DNA of 62,991 nucleotides, the filler included, from Chlamydiales bacterium (GTDB lineage: Bacteria > Chlamydiota > Chlamydiia > Chlamydiales > JACRBE01), in the NCBI GenBank assembly GCA_016213235.1. It is 6 parts of 6 records of this genome, joined end to end, with 100 filler letters (N's around TTAATTAATTAA, not from the genome) between each part and the next. Parts side by side here need not be neighbours in the genome. Positions count along the whole stretch, not along the records: positions 43,991 to 56,469 come from JACRBE010000022.1; positions 56,570 to 58,504 come from JACRBE010000023.1; positions 58,605 to 61,428 come from JACRBE010000033.1; 3 more parts are not named here. One strand, 5' to 3'. Both the position numbers and the translations under genes were made by a program. Within the stretch, counting starts at the first letter, position 1; the number at the start of each line of letters is the position of its first letter. The notes under the pieces were generated by a model. That model ran no database searches and had not been told where the DNA came from. It saw only the letters and a program-made list of their open reading frames with translations. Below are positions 50,850 through 60,297 of the stretch, in pieces.

Positions 50850-52206
50850 GATTGTTCAACAACGTTAAGATTTTGACTATAGTTAAAAACCCTTTTTTTA
50901 CCCTATCTAAGCTAAAATGCTCATTTGGTGCATGAATATTATCTTCCATCAGACCCATTCCAATAAATACGCTATCTGCGCCACTTATCTTTGCTAGTTT
51001 AGCAGCAATCGGAATAGATCCTCCTATAAGATGCATCTCACATTCTTTATGAAAAATATCTTCATATGCTTTTTTACATACTTTTGCAATCTTGGACTGA
51101 TGAGAGGCCCTTGCAGCAAATCCTCCGCCATGATTAATAAAAGCAACTTCCATGTCTTTAGGTGCATGGTTTTGAATAAAATGAACCATGCGCTCATAAA
51201 TTTTCTTAGGATCTTGGTTAGGAACTAATCTACAAGAAATTTTTGCAACAGCCTCTTTTGGAAGTACTGTTTTAAAACCATGCCCAGTAAAACCGCCATA
51301 AATACCATTAATTTCTACTGTAGGTCGCATACAGTTAGATTGCACAGGAGTATAACCACTCTCTACCCCCATTTTACGTATGCCAAATCGTTTTTTATAA
51401 TCTTCTATATTAAAAGGGTGATCAAATAGTTTTTTTTCTTCTTCTGTAGTAGAAACTACCTCATCATAAAAATGAGGGATGGCAATCTTACCATTTTCAT
51501 ACCACATTTTTGCAAGGACTTCACTAAGAGCTCTGATAGGATTATAAACAAGTCCTCCATGTTCGCCAGAATGCAAATCTGTATTTGCTACAGTAAATTT
51601 TACTTCCATCGTAGAAATACCTCTTATACCAAGGCCTATACCAGGAGTATCTTTATCAGGTATACTAGAATCTACAACAAGTAAATGATCAGCTCGGAGC
51701 AAATCCTGATATTCTTCACAAATCTCCGTTAACCCCTTGCTACCACCCTCTTCATCTCCTTCGATACAAAATTTTAGATTGATATTTTTTGATTTTGTAT
51801 ATTCTAAAAAGGCTTTTACAGCGATCAAAGTATAAAAGCACTGACCCTTGTTATCCTGGGCGCCTCTTGCAAAGATATTATCTTCTCGTATTGTCGGATC
51901 AAAGGGATCTGAATCCCATAAATCATATGGGTCTGCAGGTTGTACATCATAATGATGATATATTAACACTGTATCTGCTAGCGGATTTTGTATATATTCT
52001 CCATAAATCACAGGATGCATCGGAGTATTGATGATTCTTGTAATAAATCCTAGTGATTTAAGATAAGATAAAACCCAGTTGGCACATTTACCTACTTCTT
52101 CATCATATTTTGGATCTGTGCCAATGCTTTTAAATCGAAGGAATTCAAAGAGATCTTTCAAATTCTGATTGTAGTGCTTTTCATACCACTGTGTATATTG
52201 TTCCAT
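50842..52206 (-). CDS. M20 family dipeptidase
   Basis: HYDVQP, ARGAQDNKG, EGDEEGGS, DLHSG, HAPNEHF. Confidence 0.92.
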   Translation of the reverse strand: MEQYTQWYEKHYNQNLKDLFEFLRFKSIGTDPKYDEEVGKCANWVLSYLKSLGFITRIINTPMHPVIYGEYIQNPLADTVLIYHHYDVQPADPYDLWDSDPFDPTIREDNIFARGAQDNKGQCFYTLIAVKAFLEYTKSKNINLKFCIEGDEEGGSKGLTEICEEYQDLLRADHLLVVDSSIPDKDTPGIGLGIRGISTMEVKFTVANTDLHSGEHGGLVYNPIRALSEVLAKMWYENGKIAIPHFYDEVVSTTEEEKKLFDHPFNIEDYKKRFGIRKMGVESGYTPVQSNCMRPTVEINGIYGGFTGHGFKTVLPKEAVAKISCRLVPNQDPKKIYERMVHFIQNHAPKDMEVAFINHGGGFAARASHQSKIAKVCKKAYEDIFHKECEMHLIGGSIPIAAKLAKISGADSVFIGMGLMEDNIHAPNEHFSLDRVKKGFLTIVKILTLLNNHE

Positions 52207-52315
52207 AAAAAGAATAGTCTATCGTTGCTTTATCAAATAGACCATCATGACAAAATGCTATTTATTCTTCAATACAGACTGACTTAACTACTATTAGTAG
52301 GTCAGCAGATTTCCC

Positions 52316-52680
52316 TTATTTTGCTTCCGCATCTGCAAAAAAAGCATTGATCGCTGCAAAATAATTTTCCTGATCATCATACATCGAACTTTGGAAGTAG
52401 CTGGCTTATTTTGATTAGATCATCTGGATTCATCGTATCATACCACCAATCACAAGAGTTGGTGCATGGATGCTTTGAAGATCATTCCAGCGATCCCAAT
52501 TAATTACCTATCACAATAAATTCATTAGGATCTTGCATCATTTGATACACTGTAGTATTCATGTGCTCAAAGGTTCGTGTCAGAGCACCTGGCCATGGAT
52601 CTAAGCATACTCCATACTAAGCATCGATTGTTATCCCTTGAAATTTTTCCTGTTTTTCATGGTACTGTATTGTCTTGTGC
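52316..52680 (-). pseudogene. Proline iminopeptidase (alpha/beta hydrolase) pseudogene, C-terminal half
   Basis: Pieces in shifting frames: LDPWPGALTRTFEHMNTTVYQMMQDPNEFIVIGN / WDRWNDLQSIHAPTLVIGG / YDTMNPDDLIKISQLLPK / SMYDDQENYFAAINAF. Confidence 0.8.
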
Positions 52681-52792
52681 AAAGCTATAACTAAAGATAA
52701 TTCGTTTCATCTTGAATCCTAAATTATTGTTGAGAGGCAATATAATGAACCAATTAAAATAATAAAATTAAATTATTGTTCGATTGATTATA

Positions 52793-53011
52793 TTAATCTA
52801 GTGCTCCTTGAGCACTTCTAATTAAATAAGCAGCAAGTTCCCTATCTCCTTCATACACTAAATCTACATTCATTTTTCCTTTCTTATCCGGAGTAGTACA
52901 GGTAATTAATACATAACATGCTACTTCGTTACCCAGAGCTTTTTTTAAATTATCTGGCTGAATTTTACTAGAAGAAACAACTCGCTTAAATAAAGAAGTT
53001 AGATTTTTCAC
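52793..53011 (-). CDS. Small chlamydial hypothetical protein
   Basis: CYVLITC...GKMNVDLVYEGD..LAAYL, GTG start with AAGGTG upstream. Confidence 0.7.
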   Translation of the reverse strand: MKNLTSLFKRVVSSSKIQPDNLKKALGNEVACYVLITCTTPDKKGKMNVDLVYEGDRELAAYLIRSAQGALD

Positions 53012-53201
53012 GATACACCTTAAATTAAAAATTTTTTATATATTTTTTATAAATTATAAATAAAAGATTGTTTTTTGTTATTAACATGGAAAAATTGCTT
53101 TACGCACCACCTGGAAGGTTTTTTTGTCACAAATCAAAATATTATGCAATCAAAAAAAGAATAAGGTATAATTAGTTTTGTTTTAGAAAAAAGAGGCTTG
53201 C

Positions 53202-54113
53202 ATGTTTACATTTGTCAAAAGAATCACATTATTTCTCATTGTGAACTTTTTAGTTTTATTTTCTGTTTCCATTATTTTGAATATTTTTCATGTTGCACCA
53301 TACCTAAATCGTTTTGGTATTAATTATAATACATTACTTATCTTCTGCCTTGTTTGGGGTATGGCCGGATCATTTATCTCTTTAATGCTGTCTAAGCAAA
53401 TGGCCAAATGGATGCTTGGTGTAAAGATAGTTCGAAAAGGAGATTCCTCTTTAACAGATGAATTAATAAAAATGGTAGACGAACTTTCTAGAAAAGCAGG
53501 CATGTCTAGATCTCCTGAGGTCGGAGTTTTTCATTCTACCAACTCTAATGCATTTGCTACAGGACCATCCAAAAATTCTTCTTTAGTGGCAGTATCTGAT
53601 CATTTGCTTCATCGCATGGATAAAGAGAAACTAAAAGCAATCATAGGGCATGAAATTTCTCATATTGTAAATGGCGATATGGTAACAATGGCTTTACTAC
53701 AAGGTATTGTTAATGCCTTTGTTATGTTTTTAGCAAGAGTCCTCGCCTTTGTATTTTCCGGACAATCAAAAAGCAATAATGCAAACTCTTCCTATCTTGG
53801 GTATTATTTATTCGTGATGCTTTTTGAAACTGTTTTTATGATTTTAGGATCTATGGTAGTAGCTGCTTTTTCCAGATTTAGAGAATATAGAGCAGACAAA
53901 GGGGGGGCATTACTCACCAGCAAACAATCGATGATTGGTGCACTAAGAGATCTGGAAATGGAACACGTGCCTGCTCATGCAAATCAAGGTAAAATGATAG
54001 AAGCTTTTATGATCCACTCAAAAAAACATGGAGGATTATTGAGATTATTTGCTACCCATCCTTCCATTGAAGATCGGGTGCATCGCATCCAAATGCTTAA
54101 TCAAGGGTATTAA
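53202..54113 (+). CDS. htpX: Membrane zinc protease HtpX
   Basis: NAFATG, GHEISHIVNGDMVT, FSRFREYRAD, FATHP. Confidence 0.95.
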   Translation: MFTFVKRITLFLIVNFLVLFSVSIILNIFHVAPYLNRFGINYNTLLIFCLVWGMAGSFISLMLSKQMAKWMLGVKIVRKGDSSLTDELIKMVDELSRKAGMSRSPEVGVFHSTNSNAFATGPSKNSSLVAVSDHLLHRMDKEKLKAIIGHEISHIVNGDMVTMALLQGIVNAFVMFLARVLAFVFSGQSKSNNANSSYLGYYLFVMLFETVFMILGSMVVAAFSRFREYRADKGGALLTSKQSMIGALRDLEMEHVPAHANQGKMIEAFMIHSKKHGGLLRLFATHPSIEDRVHRIQMLNQGY

Positions 54114-54690
54114 GTTCTTCTTTTAGAGCTTCCACATCGATATTTTTGATAAAGCGAATGAGATTATAGTGCCACCAGTGAGCGCCATATTCTTTCATTT
54201 CTTTGATAGCTTTTTCTTTATTCCACCCATGAAAAATAATACGATAGATCGCGCAAAACATCCCTGTACGATCTGAGCCATGGAAACAATGAATATATAC
54301 CGGTAGATTTTTCTGTTGTTTCATAATCATGAGGAATTGCTTTAACATATCCAAGTTAGGACGATAAGGATTAAATGGAATATGAACAGGAGTAATGATG
54401 CCTTTTGATTTTTCTACGACTCTATCCATATTACAATCAGTCCTAAGGATAATGATTGTTTTAATACCCTCACTGGCCAGTTGTGCTATTCCTATATCAG
54501 ATGGCTGCCCACCACGATAAAGCTTACTATCTTCTACTGCATCATAATTAGGGAGATAGTTCTTAAATAGAAATTGTCTAATAAAAAAAACAATCACCTC
54601 TATGGTACCGCAGAGCATCCCAAGAATAATGATGATGGTATATGTCGGTGCTTTCCATACGTGTTTTAATGTATTGATCAAGAAATCCAT
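54097..54690 (-). CDS. Cys-based tyrosine/dual-specificity (Siw14-like) phosphatase with N-terminal TM
   Basis: LYRGGQP, P-loop HCFHGSDRTG, YR...GW. Confidence 0.88.
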   Translation of the reverse strand: MDFLINTLKHVWKAPTYTIIIILGMLCGTIEVIVFFIRQFLFKNYLPNYDAVEDSKLYRGGQPSDIGIAQLASEGIKTIIILRTDCNMDRVVEKSKGIITPVHIPFNPYRPNLDMLKQFLMIMKQQKNLPVYIHCFHGSDRTGMFCAIYRIIFHGWNKEKAIKEMKEYGAHWWHYNLIRFIKNIDVEALKEELNTLD

Positions 54691-54939
54691 AGAACAATTA
54701 TGTATTGTATTTATAGTTAGTAAAATTATAAATTATAAAATTTTTAATTTAAAACAAGAATTATTTGCTTTTATTTGCGATAAAAGCATCATAAACCAAA
54801 ATATTTGAAATTAAGTCTTTGAAATACAAATATTTTGAATAATATCTATAAAAAACAATACAACGTCTAAAACACTAGTAATGCTGATTTTTTTAAAACA
54901 ATTATATATAATTATACTATTGATTTTTTATAACAATTA

Positions 54940-54991
54940 TGTATAATTACGCTAACAATTAATTAACTATAACCGAGACAATAATATGACA
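54940..54991 (+). repeat. Duplicated promoter/leader, copy 1
   Basis: TGTATAATTACGCTAACAA-TAATTAACTATAACCGAG--AATAATATGACA, near-identical to 56089-56140. Confidence 0.85.
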
Positions 54992-56029
54992 AGCATAGTT
55001 TCGCTCCCATCTTCCCCATTAGATCCTTATACACAAACTATGGAACTCAGAGCAGAAGAGGTAGCTCCATTCATTTTTCGCGAGTTAGACGCTCTCAACT
55101 GTCACAGTGTGTTTTCATTCATATCAAGTAGAGAAATTGATTCTTTACGCTCGGAGCCTCTTGAGAAATATTACGAGAGATGTGGACCTCGAGCTGTTAA
55201 ATATTTTGAAACACTTGATCGATTAGAGCATTTCAGAGCGCTTATTCCTAAATTAAGGGAGGTAAAAGGTTATCCGGATCATAGATCTGTTGAAAGTGTA
55301 AGCACGGTTCATTTAGGTTGTGGTGAGTGTCAGGAACAGTCTACATATGCAGCTTGCCGAATTGCCTCTATATTTCGTGGGCATATCTTACAACTTGGGG
55401 TCTATCATCAACATGACAGGCTAAACAATCATGGTTTTTGTCTTATTTCAAATTCCGATAAGGATAGTAAATATTTTAAAGCACTGACAAGGTCGAAAGA
55501 CAGGGAATTTTCACTAGAAGAATTAGCAGCGCGTGCACCTGACGCACTCGTCATAGACCCTTGGATACGAACCACTTGCGAAGCGAGATCCATTAAAGAC
55601 TGCGAAAGAATCCAGCGATTATTTGCTGATAATGGCTATAACTACCTTATGGATGCGGTAACTGTAGATTATGACCCGGGCAGATATCTTAGCGTAATGG
55701 GTCTAGTACGGAAAGTGATGGAGAACGAAAAAGTTAAAAAAGGACCTGAGTTATCCCATCAACTCATTGTAATTACAGCTCTTGATGAAAGAAGAAAAAA
55801 CTCAACTATACAAACACATCTAACAACGAACTTTCCAGGTGTTGAATGGAAGATTAACACCGCACACAGAAAGTTTTTTGTACGGGGTGCAAAGGAGATG
55901 TTAGACCCTATTCACGAGCAATTAAGTCTTCGTAGCATAGGATCTACTTACAGTAAGGTCAAAGATTCGGCAGATTATGTAATTATTATTTCTTACGAAG
56001 AAGCCGGTAAGTTATTAAAAGACGTTTAA
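54986..56029 (+). CDS. Putative Cys-His-Asp (transglutaminase/papain-like) effector
   Basis: GCGECQE, NNHGFCL and VIDPW motifs, Ser/Pro-rich N-terminus. Confidence 0.7.
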   Translation: MTSIVSLPSSPLDPYTQTMELRAEEVAPFIFRELDALNCHSVFSFISSREIDSLRSEPLEKYYERCGPRAVKYFETLDRLEHFRALIPKLREVKGYPDHRSVESVSTVHLGCGECQEQSTYAACRIASIFRGHILQLGVYHQHDRLNNHGFCLISNSDKDSKYFKALTRSKDREFSLEELAARAPDALVIDPWIRTTCEARSIKDCERIQRLFADNGYNYLMDAVTVDYDPGRYLSVMGLVRKVMENEKVKKGPELSHQLIVITALDERRKNSTIQTHLTTNFPGVEWKINTAHRKFFVRGAKEMLDPIHEQLSLRSIGSTYSKVKDSADYVIIISYEEAGKLLKDV

Positions 56030-56088
56030 AATCATTTAAATAAGGGAATTTGAATGTTTTAAATTTAATTTTAAAGAGAATACTTTTT

Positions 56089-56140
56089 TGTATAATTACG
56101 CTAACAACTAATTAACTATAACCGAGGTAATAATATGACA
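56089..56140 (+). repeat. Duplicated promoter/leader, copy 2
   Basis: Same spacing as copy 1 (TATAAT starts 44 nt before the ATG). Confidence 0.85.
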
Positions 56141-56469
56141 ACCTTAGCCTTACCGCCATCTCTCCCTGTAACATCGGAGGCGTTAGATCGCTATAGACAA
56201 ACTCCAGAAGTCTGCGCAGAGGAGGTAGCTCCATTTATTTTTAAGGAATTAGACGCCCTCAAGTGTCACAGTAGATATTCGATCATATCAAGTAAAGAAA
56301 TTGATTCTTTGGGACCTGATGTAACTCCTGATGCATTTTATAAGAGATTTGGATATCGAGCTATTCAATATTTTGAACAATTAACTCTATTACGACATCT
56401 CAGAGAGCGCCTTCCTACCATGGAAATAATAACAGATTTCCCGGCTCCTCACTGTGTTGAAGGTGTAAG
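56135..56469 (+). CDS. Paralog of 54986-56029, truncated at contig end
   Basis: Shares AEEVAPFIF.ELDAL.CHS, ISS.EIDSL and RA..YFE.L. Confidence 0.8.
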
Positions 56470-56569
56470 NNNNNNNNNNNNNNNNNNNNNNNNNNNNNNN
56501 NNNNNNNNNNNNNTTAATTAATTAANNNNNNNNNNNNNNNNNNNNNNNNNNNNNNNNNNNNNNNNNNNN
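56470..56569. other. Artificial contig linker
   Basis: N44-TTAATTAATTAA-N44. Confidence 0.98.
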
Positions 56570-56665
56570 AAGAATATTAATTTACTTTAATATGGCCTAA
56601 AAGTCAAAATTGTTCTTTTTCCAGTTTGTAGTTTATAAAAAAATTAAAAAAGTAGAGAGAAGATT

Positions 56666-56824
56666 ATGGATATGGATCTAAAAAACGATATTAAAAAAAT
56701 TGCTAACATGATCCGAAAATTGTCTATGGAAGCGGTCCAGAGGGCGAATTCCGGCCATCCTGGCTTGCCATTGGGATGTGCTGAAATTGGAGCTTATTTA
56801 TATGGGTAGGCCTTAGAGCATAAC
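56666..56824 (+). pseudogene. tkt: Transketolase 5' fragment with in-frame TAG
   Basis: [52 protein letters not shown], after which similarity stops. Confidence 0.85.
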
Positions 56825-56879
56825 TTAATAAATTGTCAAAGTCAGGTTTAATGACGTCGCTCGGAAAATAGTAAAAAAA

Positions 56880-58217
56880 TCAATATTTTCTATTGCTTGA
56901 TAAATAGAAATTTGTAGTTATCGCTATTAGAACAGCCGCAACTGTCATTGTATTGAAAATTAAATTTTGAGAAGGTGGTCTTCTAACTATGTTTCTATAA
57001 AGATTTCCTACAATATCCTGTCTATAAAAAAGAGATTCTTGATATTTTAGTGGATTATTTTCAAGATCAAGCCTTAGTAAATTAGCTGCATTGATTAAAA
57101 AGTTCGCGGGAAGCTCTGTTAGCCGGTTGTGACTAAGATCAAGCTCTTGTAAATGAGCGGCATTGATTAAAAAGTTTGCGGGAAGCTCTGTTAGCCGGTT
57201 GTGACTAAGATAAAGCCATTGTAAATTAGCGGCATTGATTAAAAAGTTCGCGGGAAGCTCTGTTAGCCGGTTGTGACTAAGATAAAGCCATTGTAAATTA
57301 GCTGCATTGATTAAAAAGTTCGCGGGAAGCTCTGTTAGAAGATTGTTATTAAGATAAAGCTCTAGTAAATGAGCGGCATTGATTAAAAAGTTCGCGGGGA
57401 GCTCTGTTAGAAGATTGTAACTAAGACCAAGCCTTTCTAAATGAGCGGCATTGATTAAAAAGTTCGCGGGAAGCTCTGTTAGGCGATTGTTATTAAGATG
57501 AAGCCTTTCTAAATGAGCGGCATTGATTAAAAAGTTTGCGGGAAGCTCTGTTAGCTGGTTGTTATTAAGATTAAGCCATTGTAAATTAGCGGCATTGATT
57601 AAAAAATTTGCGGGGAGCTCTGTTAGCTGATTGTAACTAAGATAAAGGCGGTGTAAATTTGTAAAAAGATTTAATTCCATTGGCGCTTGAGTTAACCCAA
57701 GATTTTGTAAATTTAGCGTTCTAATTTGCTCAATTTGCTGACGATGATTATCTAGCCACTTACGTATCAAGTTAGCTTTCTTAACAGGTTGAAGATCATT
57801 TATATTTCGAAGTTCTTCAGCTAAATCATGGCAGTCAGGGAGCCCCTCGAGCTGATTGGCTATTGCAGGTACAATTTTTAAAAGATTTTGAGCTTTTTCA
57901 TATTCTTGTCTATTTTTTAGATCTCTAAAGGTAGTGGCATCTGTTCTTTGAAATCCATCAACCTCTTTTTTATAAATCATATTTAGAGTTATTTCTGTTA
58001 TTCTGTAAGTTTGACGATACTCTGGCATATGTAGATTAGAGAGGAAGGGTCTTAATTGTGTGTTAACAGCAGAAAATTCGGCTTCAGCATTTTGTAATAA
58101 GTATTTTTGAACAACAGCTTCTAAACCTGGTTTGCTATACAGGTTGTTTAAAACATATCTTAACGATAATGCTTCTAAAGCTTTGAAGTTTAATGAATCA
58201 ACTGTCTTTATTGCCAT
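56880..58217 (-). CDS. Leucine-rich repeat protein with C-terminal TM tail
   Basis: Eight 24-aa LxxLxLxxNxLTELPANFLINAAx repeats, hydrophobic C-terminal segment followed by RK. Confidence 0.9.
   Translation of the reverse strand: MAIKTVDSLNFKALEALSLRYVLNNLYSKPGLEAVVQKYLLQNAEAEFSAVNTQLRPFLSNLHMPEYRQTYRITEITLNMIYKKEVDGFQRTDATTFRDLKNRQEYEKAQNLLKIVPAIANQLEGLPDCHDLAEELRNINDLQPVKKANLIRKWLDNHRQQIEQIRTLNLQNLGLTQAPMELNLFTNLHRLYLSYNQLTELPANFLINAANLQWLNLNNNQLTELPANFLINAAHLERLHLNNNRLTELPANFLINAAHLERLGLSYNLLTELPANFLINAAHLLELYLNNNLLTELPANFLINAANLQWLYLSHNRLTELPANFLINAANLQWLYLSHNRLTELPANFLINAAHLQELDLSHNRLTELPANFLINAANLLRLDLENNPLKYQESLFYRQDIVGNLYRNIVRRPPSQNLIFNTMTVAAVLIAITTNFYLSSNRKY
57073..57659 (-). repeat. 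72-bp coding tandem repeat (8 full units plus a partial unit)
   Basis: Core GCATTGATTAAAAAGTTYGCGGGRAGCTCTGTTAG at 57088, 57160, 57232 ... 57592. Confidence 0.95.
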
Positions 58218-58504
58218 TTTTTTAACCCTATTTTTTAATGTGTAATGTTTTTATTAATATTTATAATATCACATTTTATTGTTCATGTCAATTTATAATT
58301 ACACGTTAATTACATTTTGTGGATGTTTTATTAAAATGTATGGGTTTTTTAAAAAACTTTTTATGAATTTAAAATTAGAATTTAATTATACCCAAGGAAC
58401 TTCAAAAGTTGGTTGAGGGCGCTTTAATTGCCCTGAATTTATCTCTTACTCGACTCCTAAAGGTCTTACCAAGAGGAGATTCTGGAGTTAGCCTCTGTAG
58501 AGCA

Positions 58505-58604
58505 NNNNNNNNNNNNNNNNNNNNNNNNNNNNNNNNNNNNNNNNNNNNTTAATTAATTAANNNNNNNNNNNNNNNNNNNNNNNNNNNNNNNNNNNNNNNN
58601 NNNN
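58505..58604. other. Artificial contig linker
   Basis: N44-TTAATTAATTAA-N44. Confidence 0.98.
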
Positions 58605-59394
58605 CATAAGTAGTTTTAACCATTCCCGGATGAATACAAGATTGTCCAAAAAGAGCTGCTTGTTGATCTCCTGCAATACCACTGATGGGAATAGGGACAG
58701 ATAAAAGCGATGTTTTTGTGCTGCCAATGACTTCGCTTGAGCTACGGACCTGCGGCAGCATCGATGCTGGAATCTCTAAAATATCTAATAGCTCTTGATC
58801 CCATTTTAATTGTTCAATATTGAAAAGTAGAGTTCTTGAAGCATTGCTTGGGTCCGTGATATGCAACTCTCCATTTGTTAATTTCCATATAATCCAAGAG
58901 TCAATCGTACCAAATGCTAACTCCCCCCGCTTTGCTCTTTCTTTTGCTCCTTTCACATGTTGTAATATCCAATGCAACTTGGTACCAGAAAAATAAGGGT
59001 CTAATAACAATCCTGTTTTTTTACGAAATACAGGTTCCAGCCCACGATTCTTCAGCTCCTGACAAAATTCTGTCGTTCTCCTATCTTGCCACACAATTGC
59101 ATTGCAAATGGGGGTGCCTGTTTTTTTATCCCAAACAACAGTCGTTTCTCTCTGGTTTGTAATTCCAATAGCAGCGAGGTCCTGTGCAACCGCTCCTGCA
59201 TGTGCAAGCACTCCTGTGATAACAGATGCTTGAGATGCCCAAATATCATTTGGATCATGCTCTACCCAACCAGGTTCTGGAAAAATTTGACGAAATTCTT
59301 TTTGGACAGATGCTACAATTACTCCTTGATGATCAATAAGAATTGCTCTAGAACTTGTCGTTCCTTGATCAAGCGCAAGGATATATTTCTTCAT
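58605..59394 (-). CDS. glpK: Glycerol kinase, 3'-truncated
   Basis: [43 protein letters not shown]. Confidence 0.96.
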
Positions 59395-59506
59395 GCTGCA
59401 CCTTTTTCCTTAATTTGCTTTTTCAACTGTTAATGTCAATAATTTTATTGATTTTTGCTACCTATCTATGTTTTATTGCAATCTTACTATTAACTAGGAT
59501 CGACAT

Positions 59507-60247
59507 ATGTGCTCTAATGTTTTTTGGGGAGAATTAGTTGGAACAATGCTCCTTATCCTTTTAGGAAATGGTTCTGTTGCTACTGTATTGCTTGATAAAT
59601 CTAAAGGACACAACTCAGGATGGATTGTTATCACTGCAGGATGGGGATTTGCTGTTGCAATCGCTGTTTATGCAACAGGATGGGCAAGCGGCGGGCATCT
59701 AAATCCTGCTGTTACCATCGGACTTACTCTTGCAAAACAAAGCTCACCATCTCTGATGCCTATCTATTTTTTAGGACAATTACTCGGCGCTATGATTGGA
59801 TCAACTCTCGTATGGCTGACTTATTATCCCCATTGGAAAGAAACAACAAATCCTCATTTGAAATTTCTTTGTTTTGCAACGCAGCCTGCTATTCGCAAAC
59901 CTTTCTGGAATTTAATTACAGAAATAATAGGCACCGCTGTTCTTCTCATCGGTGTACTCGGTATTTTTAATAAACATAATGGCATTGCAGATGGAGTAGG
60001 CCCCTATGCTGTTGGTATCTTAATTTTTAGCATTGGACTCTCACTTGGAGGACCTACCGGTTATGCTATTAATCCCGCCCGAGATTTTGGCCCAAGGCTG
60101 ATGCATGCCATACTACCTATTGCAGGAAAAGGATTTTCTGATTGGGGATATAGCTGGATACCCATCGTTGGTCCCATTATAGGCGCTATTCTTGGAACAT
60201 ATATGTATCAATTATTGGTCGCTGGGCTACAACCTCTATCAACTTAA
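59507..60247 (+). CDS. glpF: Glycerol uptake facilitator (aquaglyceroporin)
   Basis: SGGHLNPAVT and GYAINPARDFGPR. Confidence 0.93.
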   Translation: MCSNVFWGELVGTMLLILLGNGSVATVLLDKSKGHNSGWIVITAGWGFAVAIAVYATGWASGGHLNPAVTIGLTLAKQSSPSLMPIYFLGQLLGAMIGSTLVWLTYYPHWKETTNPHLKFLCFATQPAIRKPFWNLITEIIGTAVLLIGVLGIFNKHNGIADGVGPYAVGILIFSIGLSLGGPTGYAINPARDFGPRLMHAILPIAGKGFSDWGYSWIPIVGPIIGAILGTYMYQLLVAGLQPLST

Positions 60248-60297
60248 TATTTAATTATCTTAATATTAATAGGTTAAAAAATACGCTGTTTTTGCTA

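Noticed and set aside
56807..56809. In-frame TAG in tkt as possible stop-codon recoding
   Set aside because: TAG ends normal genes here (rpsO, pnp, mutY), prfA is intact, and tkt similarity ends five codons later.
57073..57659. Constant 35-nt core alternating with variable 37-nt segments, CRISPR-like
   Set aside because: The period is exactly 72 nt, the variable parts are homologous to each other, the array is in-frame LRR coding sequence, and no cas genes are present.
58402..58504. GC-richer stretch with small hairpins at a contig end, possible ncRNA or IS end
   Set aside because: Equally explained as the 3' end of a minus-strand CDS (ALQRLTPESPLGKTFRSRVRDKFRAIKAPSTNF*). It is too short to call.
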